This document shows positions 25,148 through 37,306 of a DNA stretch of 64,000 nucleotides, one piece after another. Numbering within the stretch: position 1 is the first letter of the stretch; each line of letters begins with the position of its first letter. The DNA is taken from positions 5,270,001 through 5,334,000 of the forward strand of contig NC_089430.1 of NCBI RefSeq assembly GCF_026210795.1. Direction: 5' to 3'. The notes beneath the pieces are model-generated. The model saw only the letters and a list, made by a program, of their open reading frames with translations. It had not been told where the DNA came from and did no database searches. A program made the position numbers and the translations under genes. Origin of the DNA: Rhizophagus irregularis (lineage: Eukaryota).

Positions 25148-28100
25148 TTAATTAATACCTCCATTGAGGAAATTAATTTGTAAAGATTCTATTTAATAAA
25201 AAGTCTTATTAGTAACTTTAAAAAACTGATTTGCATTTTAATAACAAAATTATTAGATGATACCTGAAAATTCCTTGCTAATTATATTATCATTTTGTTC
25301 ATAATAATCGTCAGAATTTTTTGGTTCAGAAAGATTATTAAAATTGAGTAATCTACTTGTATAAATAGCTTCTGAATGTGTATTATATGATATCCCTGAA
25401 TTAGTTGAAATTATACTGCTATTTGATGAATTATTGTTTTTCTCATCTGTTTCTTTAATTTGTGCTCGCAATTTTACTGTTTGTTCTTTATTTGGTTCAT
25501 ATTGCCATATGTATAAAATGTCGTTAATTTTTTCCGCTTTCGGTCGATTTGATGGAACAGCATCTAAACATTCCTTAATTAAAGATACAATTAATTGTGG
25601 CACTTTAATGTTAAACCAAGGTCTTAACCCTTGGCAAATTTTTAATGCCAAATTATTATCATGTTCTAAATTGTGATATGGGGGCAATCCAGATATTACT
25701 TCATATATTATTATGCCAAAACTATAAATATCAGAAGCTTTGGTATAATTTTGTCCTCTTAAAACTTCAGGAGCTATATAAGGTAAAACACCATATATGT
25801 TGTTTTTTGCATTTTCTAATTCATTATAATTTGCAGGTTTACATAATCCCATGTCAGCTATAGCAGTTTTATATTTAAACTTTAATATATTTCCAATATG
25901 CAAATCTCGATGAATTAATTCCTTTTCATGAATACATTTAAGTCCAAGTATAATATCTCGTAAATAATCAATTTTTTTACTCCAATTAAGCTTACTATAT
26001 TCTTTATCTAAGTAATTTCGTAAACTTCCATTTTCCGCATAATTTAAAACCATCATATAATTTTTTGTTTCTGGATCTTGAGTTACTCCATAAAATTCAG
26101 CAATATAATTAGTATTTATTCCTCCTTTGTTATGTGACGCAATCTATGTGAAAGTAATAATATAAAATATATTGGCAAAATTAAAATTTTAGGTATTATG
26201 AATATAACAATAAATTTATTTAATCAATTACCTCATTCATAAATTCTAATGTAACATTTTTTGAATTATCCAAACTTTTCAGAGCTATAATCATATTTTG
26301 ATTATATCTTTTCCAATTTTGATCTTTAATATTCCAATTAGACATATATCCATCAATCCAATTTGCTTTATATATTTTGCCAAATCCACCTTTTGCAATA
26401 TATTCAATATTATAAAATCTATCGTAGGGAATCCATTCTAATACGTTCTTTATATCGTCATCGTCGTGAGCTAATAGTTGAGTATCTTGTATAAATTTAT
26501 CAACATTATTATTACCGCTAGTCCAATCTAAAAATTTCTGTTGAAAGTGAATTGTATTACATATATCATTACATTTTTCACATATATTATTTAAAACCAT
26601 CATGTAACTTGTTGTTTCTGGATCTCGTGTTATACCATAAATTCTATATTCCATTTTAATCTATAAATGTAATAATGTTTTAGTAAAATCTAAATATTTA
26701 AAATTCATTAAATATATATATAATAAGTTTATCATACCTTATTTGTAAATTCTAATGTAAGATTACCCGAATTATTTAAACTTTTCAAATTCACAAACAT
26801 ATTATGACCTTTTCTTTCCCAATTTTGATTTTTATCATCCCAATTATTTATATTTCCATCAATCCAAATTACTCTATACGCTTTGCCAAATTCATCTTTT
26901 GTAATATGCAATCTTTCATAAGGTATCCATTCTAACGCTTCATTTACATCTCTAACAGATAATAGCTGAGCATCTTGAATAAATTTATCAATATCATCAT
27001 TACCACTGGTCCAATTTTTAAAATTTTGTTGAAAATGTATTGCATAACACGCGCAATTACATTTTTTACATTTATTACTATCCAAAACCATCATATAATG
27101 TTTTGTTTCTGGATCTCGAGTTATTCCATAGGGTTGATTGATCTACACATACAAAATATATTAGTAAAAATTAAGAACTTCAAAATTTTGTTAAATAAAA
27201 ATTTATTATAGTACCTCATTTTCAAATTCTTCTGCAATATTTTTTAAATCATTTACTCTCTTCAAATTCACAAGCCTATTATGACCTTCTCTTTTCCAAT
27301 TTTGATTTTTATCATCCCAATAACTTATATTTCCATCAATCCAATTTACTTTATGCACTTTACCAAATTCATCTTTTGTAATATGCAATCTATCATAAGG
27401 TATCCATTCTAACGCTTTATTTACATCATTAGCAGAAAATAGCTGAGCATCTTGAATAAATTTATCACTATCATCATCACCGCTGGTCCAATTTTTAAAA
27501 TTTTGTTGAAAATGTATTGCATAACATGCATAATTACATTTTTTACATTTATTACTATCCAAAACCATCATATAATGTTTTGTTTCTGGATCTTGAGTTA
27601 TTCCATAGGGTTTACGGATCTAACACACACAAAATATATTTAGTAAAAATTAAGAACTTCAATTTTGTAATAAGAAATTATTATACCTCATCATTAAATT
27701 CTGTAATATTTTTTGGATCATTTAAATTCTTCAAATACACTAACATATTACAACCTTCTCTTTTCCAACATTGATTTTTATCATCCCAATAACTTATATT
27801 TCCATCGATCCAATTTACTCTATCTTTTGTAATATGCAATCTATCATAAGGTATCCATTCTAACACTTCATTTACATCTTTAGCAGAAAATAGCTGAGTA
27901 TCCTGAATAAATTTATCAATATCATCATTACCACTGGTCCAATTTTCAAAATTTTGTTGAAAATGTATTGCATAACATGCACAATTACATTTTTCACATT
28001 TATTACTATCCAAAACCATCATATAATGTTTTGTTTCTGAATCTCGAGTTATTCCATTGGGTTTATTGATCTACACATACAAAATGTATTAGTAAAAATT

Positions 28101-28537
28101 AAGAACTTCAAAATTTTTGTTAAATTAAAGACTTATTATACCTCATTTGTTAATTCTATTGTAATATTTTTTAGATTATTTAAATTCTTCAAATATATTA
28201 ACATATTATGACCTTCTCTTGTCCAATTTTGATTTTTATCATCCCAACAACTTATTTTTCCATCAATCCAATTTGCTTTATATACTTTGCCAAGCTTATT
28301 TTTTGTAATATCATCCAGTCTATTATAAGGTATCCATTCTAATGCATTTGATATTTCATTGTCTTTATGAGCCATTAGCTGAGTATGTTGAATAAATTCA
28401 TTAATATCATTATTACCACTAGTCCAATTTTCAAAATTTTGTTGAAAATGTTTTGCATTACATGTATAGTTACATTTTTCACATTTCTCAACATGTGATG
28501 ACTTAATTGGTTCCTTATCTTTGATAACAGTACTCAT
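25148..28537 (-). CDS. TKL-type kinase B with 5 tandem N-lobe modules (about 979 aa)
   Basis: Exons 28537-28142, 28070-27687, 27619-27215, 27142-26738, 26660-26232, kinase exon 26143-25264, tail 25188-25148; GGFGKIY, IALK, HRDLHIGN, DMG, APE. Confidence 0.9.
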
Positions 28538-28672
28538 TGACTTTTTTAAATTATAAATGAATTCGAGTTAATAGGATATTTGAAGAATAATGAAATAAAA
28601 AAAAAATTTACACCTCATTAAAAAGAACTATTATAATTATGCGGGTGTACATTGCTTAACGAATTATGCAAT

Positions 28673-29910
28673 TGTTACGAAATTGTAGTAATACAGAATT
28701 GGTTTTTTGTATCATATTATTTGTATTATTTATGTTACGTTGTTTATTTATTGGTGTCATCGGAATTATCGGAATTCCACATTTCTGCAATACAACATAT
28801 GTCGTAAAAATGATGATTATCACGTGACTTGTACAATACAAAATGATCAATAAGAAATTTCCTTTTTTGGAATCTCGCGTAACCTCGTGTAACCATTTCT
28901 TCGATTTTATTGAGGGACAAAATTTCCATTTTTTTGAAATTAGTGTAACGTCACGTGATTTAACGCGAAAAAAAAAAATTTTTTTGACCCGGCATTACGA
29001 ACTTGGCTCAGTCATTTACGGCATATATTTACGACATTACAGGTTACGGCGTCAAATTAAATTACGGCGTTACAGTATTTACATTTAATTACGGCGTTAC
29101 GACACGTCGACACGTGCCGTAACCGTAAAAAATAATTCTGACAGCATCTATATTAATAGTTTTACTAGTTAGAATATTTATTATTTTAGTTAGATTTTTA
29201 TACATGAATTAATGATTAGCCGGTTGATGACCTTGATTATATAAGTAGGACAACTTGTCCATGGGACAAAGTGACTGGTGTACAAGCTGACCCATGGTCA
29301 AGTTTGACGCATAGTCAAAGTTAGCCCGCTGAGATTTTTCGTTATATATATCCCTCAAGATTGAGAAGGGAGTGAGCAGTTTAAGTTTTTCAGTTAGTTT
29401 TGCACAGGTTTTTAGAACGGATTTTCAAATCTTTTGGTAGAAACAACTTTTACTTTTAAGAAAAGATTGTTTAGCAGATTTTATTATTGAGAAAAATTTG
29501 CCAGAAAATTTATCTTTGTGCTTGATAATGTTATTACTAGGTTTATTACCGAGCTCCGTAGTGAGCAGTAATAAAATTTTTGCGACTATCAACGAGCATC
29601 CAAATAAAATTGATTATCATTTCCACTTTTGTCTGAAACCCAGTCTGTAAAGGTTATATTAATTTCGCTCCTACTTCCATTGATTCTGGCTGGTGAACCG
29701 GGTCCGATTGATCAACATTTGAAATTTGTAATCATTTGTAATCATCCGCCCATGTCTTCTGCCGTCATTATATATGGAATCCGAGCTAATCCCACGTTGG
29801 ATTTAATGAAAATTAGTATAACTCATTATAAACGTTTGTAAACGCATAAGCCATCACCATTTTGATCATCATTATTTTTTGTAACGTAAATTTGTGGCAA
29901 CACAAGTACA
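28673..29910 (+). mobile_element. Probable solo LTR inserted upstream of kinase B
   Basis: Splits the conserved upstream motif GAATTATGCAAT|GATGC; begins TGTT, ends CA; CAAT on both sides (28669-28672, 29911-29914); internal TATATATA near 29343; right end could instead be 29902. Confidence 0.6.
28751..29150. mobile_element. Degenerate hAT-like MITE nested in the putative LTR
   Basis: Right TIR (revcomp TAGATGCTGTCAGAATTAT) resembles left TTGGTGTCATCGGAATTAT; TTACGGC subterminal repeats; no clean TSD. Confidence 0.4.
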
Positions 29911-31309
29911 CAATGATGCATTGTGTAACAAATTTTTTTTACACAGAATTTTTTCGGATGTCGATCAAAATCAATGGTGAAAAGTTAGAGTAGGATTTTG
30001 ATTTTTATATATACAGTAATACTAAATAATAAATTTTGTGAGTTCAAATTTGGGTATCGGTTAATACTAACAAATGGTCAAATTTAGATATCTTAAATCA
30101 TGACTTAATAATAGATTGAGAGTTGCCTATTTTTTTCTCATTTGCATCATTTCGCAACACAAGTTATTTTACCAGTCAGCTAATATACCATATAAACTGG
30201 TGAAATAACACATGAATTTCATAATCATGTTACATACCAACAAAAATTTAGTATTATTGCTAAACTTAACTATAAACGTTTCTATATCAGTTATTGCAAA
30301 ACTATTGGATTGTGTGTTTATCTCTTCGTAATCCATTTATGTATAAAGAAAAACGAGAAAAATGGAAAGAGAATTTTAGAAGTGATATAGGATAACTGAA
30401 GGTATAAGCTAATAATTAGAAGAATCTCTTCAATAATCGATTTGTGATCTTACTCGTATAGTGGATAACCTCAATGCTGTACAGTGTCACAGAATTTGGA
30501 ATGAAAACAATAAGAGGAATCTAGAGTTATGGACGTGTGAATTTTAATAGGAATTTACTATAAGTTATGTAAAAGTATCATATAAAAGATTATTATTAGA
30601 GATTTTTTTTTGACGATTATAAGTTTTGGTTTAATTAGTTGATGGTACACCGTACACCCAACGTTTTATTAATACTAGTAATTCACAAATTGAAATTAAC
30701 GAAGTTGTTTTATATTTTTTTGTTAAATTATATGACACAAATTGATCCTTCACCAAAAGAATTCTTACTTCTGGTCAGTGGACAGTGATTACTGACTGCT
30801 AAGATAAGAAAATATGCGTTTTTTATATTTTCATATAATATTGTACTTTGTCAATAGTAAATATAAATAAATAATATAAAATCTGAAACTTTTATTTTCC
30901 TTTATTTGTATATAAAATTTGCGATTAAAAATTGATTTAAATTAGATCAAATAAATACATTAATTAAAATATTTCAAGTCATAAATAAATATTGAGTTAA
31001 TTCTTGACCTTATTTTGCGTCTTATATATCGTTAAAATTTATAATTTATTTAACCAATTAATAACTATATAGTTCAATATATGATTATGATTTAAAATTT
31101 AAAATCCTGTTTAGCGTAATTCTCAATATAATGTAAAAAAAAAATGTCATATTAATCGTTAGAAAAGCAAAAAAAAACTATTTTGAATGTACTAAAGCAA
31201 AGGTTAAGAAAAACCAACGTTAAACAGAATTTTCGAAAAATATAAAATTCTTAAAATAATAATATCATAATATATAAACATTGATTAATTATAACTTTTA
31301 GGCTATGAC

Positions 31310-32600
31310 CTTTGCTCAAAACATTTTTACCTACAAACAATAAAATAATATATTGAATACGAATCATTAACCATATAGATTAAAAAATTTACATCTTAAT
31401 CAATATTCAATTAAGATATATCAATTCAATTTGTAAAGATTCTATTTAACAAATTAAAAGTTTTATTAGTATCTTTAAAAACTGATTTTCATTTTTAAAA
31501 TAATAAAATTATTTAAATAGAAAATTTCTTAATTTACACGTGCACTTTCACGTGACTGTAAAAAATTTGTTAATAAATACAATTTAAAAAGAAACATATG
31601 GTATGTGCAATTCGATTTTGTTTAAAGCAGCAAAGTTGATTTTGAACGTCAATTTTGACTTATTTAACAAATTCGATTCGTTATTTTTTTGCCCAGCATC
31701 AAATCATTCAAATGATCAGTATAGAAAATTTAAAACCAGTATTTGAAACACCCCATATACAAATAAATTACAAATTCCTCGCTAATTATATAATCGTTGG
31801 AATTTTTGGTTCAGGAAGATTATTAAAATTGAGTAATCTATTTGTATAAATAGCTTCTGAATGTGTATTATACTATGATATGCCTAAAATAGTTAAAGTT
31901 ATATTGTTATTTAACAAATTATTGTTTATTTCATCCGTTTCCTTAATTTGTGATCATAATTCAATTGTTTTTGAGTTGTATCACATCTTCGTAAAACATT
32001 GTTAATTCCTAAACAGGTCTAAATCCTTTATTGCTATATCCTTATTATGGCTTAAATCATAATATAGTAGGGTGATCCAGAAATTATATCAACAGCTTTG
32101 GTGTCAGGAGCTGTATAAGGTATGTAAAACAATATATGTATTATTTTTCGTACTTTCTGATATATAACAATCCGCAGGTTATAATTTAAGTTTTAATATT
32201 TTTTTAATTTGTACTCGATGAATTATTCCTTTTCATGAATAAATCCAAGTTCAAGTATAGCATTTTATAACAATCTTTCGTCTAAATAATTTCGTAAACT
32301 TCCATCATATAATTTTTGTTTCGTTATTAAATTAATGAAAAAATTGTCTATTTTTGTATATTAACAATTTTAGTAAACCTAATAAATTACCAATTATGTA
32401 AATCACTCCATTCATAAATAATATCATGAAAATCTATTACAAGGTATTCATTATTTATTTATATAATTGTAATGAGCTGATAGTTGAGTGTCTTGAATAA
32501 ATTTATCAATATTATCATTGCCACTAGTCCAATTTTTGAAAACGTATTACGTAACATATGCGATTACATTTCTCACAACTTTCAACATGTTGATGACTTT
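31310..32600 (-). pseudogene. Deletion-riddled kinase paralog
   Basis: Remnants of exon 1 (CEKCNRIC, WTSGNDNIDKFIQDTQLSAH), kinase (GSLRNYLD, PYTAPD, HSEAIYTNRLLNFNNLPEP) and the ESLQ tail exon, with many indels. Confidence 0.85.
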
Positions 32601-32604
32601 ATAT

Positions 32605-33290
32605 TATACTAGTCTGATCTTTTAAAACTTCTTACTATAAAAGTATGTATTAAGAAACTAATTAAAGATCAGTAATAGAAAGATGAAATAGCAAGAAATT
32701 TATTTAAAAGATTTAAAGTCAATGGAATATAATTAATTACAACTTGTTAATAGGCAAATATATAACGATATAATAGTAGATTGGGAATTTAGAAGATGAA
32801 TAAAAGAAGTTTCTTTTTTTCATTGACAAAAAAGCTATTATTATGGATCTAGATAGTTTGCAAAATATTTTATATATCAAGAAATTGATTAAAATTTTAT
32901 AAACAACGAAAATAGACTTAGTAAAATTGATTCAGTAAAAAGGTGCTATAAATAGTAGAAAGAACTGAAGTGTAGATTATAACGGCCTATGGGCTATTAT
33001 TTGGAAAAGAAGTATATGGAATAATGAAAAGTATGTGTCTAAAATTCAAGAAGGAAGGAGATTGAAAACATATATGGAAAGTTACGGAAGAAGAAATAAT
33101 TTTGGATACTCTGATGGAGATGAAAGTAACAAAAGTTGGTGAAAGAGGAAGAAACAAGTCTTAGAAATTTAAATGTTAATATTATTCTAAAATATTGAAA
33201 GATATAGAGAAATTTCAATTATTATTATTGAAGTTATTTGAATAACATCAAGGGTAGAATTTGGAACAAGCGAAATGTATATGGAATAGA
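32605..33290 (+). mobile_element. Degraded LINE ORF2 3' fragment
   Basis: Interrupted peptides YNDIIVDWEFRR, KHIWK, IWNKRN resemble the post-RNase H/zinc region of LINE-B. Confidence 0.45.
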
Positions 33291-33312
33291 TCAGCGCAGA
33301 TCCAGGTCACAC

Positions 33313-33672
33313 ACTGATTGGAATCGATAATCGAATCAAAATCGAATAAGAGAAAATTGAAATTAAACAAAAAAAATTAATTGCATCCAAGAATTAAATG
33401 CATGGTTTAAAATATTTTCAAAAAAGAAAAATTGATCGATAATGGCCTTCAAAAACTCAAAAATGACGAAATGATCGGCAAATGATCAGCAACGATGTTA
33501 TAGTTGAGTATTAGTAACGATACATAATTTCTTAATAATAGATTTTACAATTTTAATTCAGAATTTATATATTTACTAATCACGAAATTAATTATTAAAG
33601 CTTAAAATGGATTATCTTTTAAGGAACAAACAATCGAATCTACAAAGATTCGATAATCGATTCCAATCTCTA
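33313..33672. mobile_element. hAT-type MITE about 160 bp upstream of the MLKL-like gene
   Basis: 8-bp TSD GGTCACAC (33305-33312, 33673-33680); TIR GATTGGAATCGAT...ATCGATTCCAATCTCTA. Confidence 0.8.
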
Positions 33673-33834
33673 GGTCACACGCCACTATAAACATTGTGCG
33701 TGGGATTTCTGATCACGATGGTATCACAGCACATAAATGAATAAATAAAACGATGATTGTACTGTGTAGTTTCGTAAAAAAAAAAAAAATTCTCTTTTTT
33801 TTTGATTAAATTATTTATTAGTAAATTATTAGTA

Positions 33835-36180
33835 ATGGAAGATGATGGATCAAAAAATAATAAAAAAGATGATTTCGCTGAAAATTTAAAAGACAGTTCT
33901 TTAATGGTTGTTCCATTTGCAAGATTTCTTCCTTTAATTAATGAAATTGAAAATTTTTTTAACGAAATCATCGAATTAGTGGAAGCTGCTGAACATAATC
34001 AACGAACTTGTGAAATATTAAAAAATCGAGTTCGTGTTGCAGAATTAGCCGTACGAGATCTTAGAGATAAAAAAAAAGACAGAGAAGATTTTTTTAATAA
34101 AATAAATTATATACGTTTACAAGAATTATCTACTATTATAAAACAAATTAAAAAATTTATATCAGAAATCTCTCTAATGAAAACTTTGATAAAATACCTT
34201 AAAGAGAAAAGTGTTGAGAAAATTTTTAAAAAATTATGTATGGAATTCGACAGTTGTATTAACTTATTGTCTTTTTCTTTTAACGTTGAAATTGCTGATG
34301 AACTTGAACAATTAAAATCCGATCAAGATGATTTATTTAAAGTAAGATTAAAAAAATTGAGTTTTATTATTGAAACATAAAATTAATTTATATTATTTTA
34401 ATAAATTATAGTATCTACAAGGAATGGTGGCTGGTATTGATGATAACGACTGCTTCGCAGACTCAAGTAAAAAGTTTTTTTCAACAATTGTAAAAGTTAA
34501 TGCAATGAATAATACAATGATAGGAAAATTTAAAAGTCAAACAAAAATTAGTGATGTCTTTCAGGTACATCCACTAGAATTTTCTGATTATGAAATTGAT
34601 GATAATGGGAAAACAGATGAATATAGACGTGTAAATAAATGGTATAAAAAAACAAATAAAGGTGCTGAATTCGCTTTTAAAACTATCTCTGGAGAGGACG
34701 AAGTGATTGTACAAAAACAAGTTGCAATTCTTAAAGAACTTCATGATTGGCAAAACATCATAAAATTTCACGGAATGATTTCTGATGGAAATCAATGGTA
34801 TTTGGTGACTGAATGGGCCGAACGTGGAAATTTGCGTGAATTTTATCAAAATAAAAATTATATCGACCTTAAATCAAAATTACGTATATCTCTTGATATT
34901 GCTCGTGGATTAAATTTTTTAAGAACTGTAGAGGTAATTATATAACCAGCTTTTATTTAATTAACGAAAAATTTTTTTTTTAATTTTTTTTTTTAGATTT
35001 TTCATCGAGATATTAGGGCTGAAAATATATTAATTACACTTAATGAGACAGCAAAACTTGCAAATTTCAAATTAATTCGTTCCCAACCCGGCGGACAGGC
35101 TATATGTTTTCCAAACCTAAACTTAGACCAAACTCGTTATTGTGCACCTGAATTGTTGGAGGGGGTGCTAAATTACAAACATGAACAAAGATGTGGTGAG
35201 GTTTATAGTTTTGGAATCTTACTTTGGGAAATTGCTGAAGAAAGAATTCCACATCAGGGTATTAATGGTATTAGGGATATAATTGATAAGGTATGTAATA
35301 AAAAGTATAGAGAACCATTTTCTGAAAATAGTCAAATGCCAGAAAAATTCAAACAATTAGAAATTGAAGGTATGTAAAAGAAAATATTTTAAATTACAAT
35401 TTTATTTGTTGTACTTAATTGGTTTCTTTTTTTTTACATATTTTTTTAGCCGTTCATCATGATCCAGATTTTAGGCCAAAAATCACGAAAATATTTGAAG
35501 TTCTTAATAATTGTTTCAAGGAATATTCACAAGTTACATCAAGTTCTAGTGGCCCAAACCTAAGAGGAAACAGTAGAAACAACTCTATGCAAAAGTCTCG
35601 TCCAAAACGAGCAGACAACATTGATGCATACGCCCTTCCAGATCTTGAATCATTTAAATATATGACACTTGCTGATGCAGAAAAACAACATAAGTTGTAT
35701 AATAATCATGATAAACTAGTTGGAGATGTAATAACTGCATATAAATGTTTTGAAGCTTATGCAAACCTTGGTAATACAGGAGGTACAGCAAACCGTAATC
35801 AAATCAAAGCAAAATATTATAAAGCATATTACATTTCAAAAGAATTGATTGAGGACCCTACAAATAAAGATGAAATTGTTGCTGAATTATTTAAAGAAGT
35901 TGCTAATGATGAAGCAAATGGATTCCCTGAAGCAAAATTAAGATATGGAGATTGTTTGTATCATGGCAAAGGTGTTGATCAAAATTTTTCAGAAGCTCTT
36001 AAATATTTAGAAAAAGCTGCTGAAGATGGTTTTAAAGTAGCAATGTATAACACTGGAGGTATGTATTACAATGGTATTGGTTGTACGAAAGATATAGAAA
36101 AAGCTAAATATTATATGAAATTAGCTGCTTATGGTGATTATGAACTTGCTATTAAATTTTGTAAGGAACATGACATATAA
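33835..36180 (+). CDS. MLKL-like protein: N-terminal four-helix bundle (HeLo-like) + pseudokinase + Sel1-like repeats (710 aa)
   Basis: Exons 33835-34341, 34412-34933, 34997-35369, 35450-36180, in frame; helical NTD LINEI...AEHNQRTCEILKNRV; kinase fold FAFK, HRDIRAEN, NFK for DFG, YCAPE, EVYSFG; Sel1 YGDCLYHGKGVDQNFSEA and GGMYYNGIGCTKDIEKA. NTD identity is recognition, not a search result. Confidence 0.85.
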
Positions 36181-37054
36181 AAATTTTTTTCTTATTTGTT
36201 AAATGATTGTTATTTTATTTTAAAAAACAAAAATTATTTTTTTATCTGATTTTTTTTTTATCAATAAATATAAGTTTTTACTAGGATGATTTTAACGCTT
36301 ACTATCGAATTATACTATTACTTTTTGTGTAAAATGTGATTTTAAATAATTATTCCAGTTAAAAAATTTAAGAAATACAAGAAATAACATTTTTTTTTTA
36401 TCTTTGTAGCGCTCTTGTCTTTGACTTGTTTTGTTAAATTTAATAAATAAATAAACGTCAATTACTTCTTTGCTATAAAAAAAAATGTATTTTTCTTGAT
36501 TTTGATTGGTATTTCTTTAAAATACTTATAAAATAAAGTCTTTGTTGTTAAAGATTGTAAAATAAATTTTGCTTTTGATCGTTCATTAAGTTTTTTTTTT
36601 TCTAATCAAAAACATAAATAAATATCCCGTGTAGTGTTAATTAGCCAATCAACGTTTAGAGGTGAGGAATAACTTTACCCTTTTTTTAATAACATGAAAA
36701 TTAAAAATTTTTAAATGAAAATAAAAAAATTATTTATGGACCAAATAGTAGCCCCCTACTATAGATAAGACAGCGATATTTACAGAGAGAATTTTTACAC
36801 TTGAACAAACTTCTTTTCATTTTATAAGTTATTTTCTTGTAAGTTACCTAAGAATTCAAAATCAACACGAACGTAACTTTTGTCTTTGGATAGTTATTTG
36901 ATATAAAATTATTGAATATATTTGTAAATCATAGCTTCACTGTTATTTGTTACAATAGGTTTCACGTCTTTATCCTACTTAATGTGATTGATACAAAGAT
37001 TAATTTCGACAACCGCGTATGACTACAAATGAAAAATCCATGGTTGTATGTTTA

Positions 37055-37306
37055 TGAGTGTATTCGCAAATTCAGCACATAATCCAATTCGTATTCACTA
37101 CTATTTCACATTTAATATAAAATCTATAATTCAATCCATTTATTTGTGGTAAATGGTGGTTGATATGATGGTGGATGGTGGTAAACGCACGGTAAATAGT
37201 GTGCATACCCTACCTGGATTGGAAAATTTAATAGTAAAATACAATCCAAATGGATCCAAATCAATTTGTAAACTGTGAACGTGGATTGGATTTGTGAGTG
37301 CACCTA
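37055..37306. mobile_element. Possible degenerate MITE
   Basis: Imperfect TIRs GTGTATTCGCAAATTCA / TGGATTTGTGAGTGCAC; internal AATCCA/TGGATT repeats. Confidence 0.35.

Noticed and set aside
33802..33834. ORF-track TTG start for the MLKL-like gene
   Set aside because: In a eukaryote the first in-frame ATG at 33835 is the more plausible start
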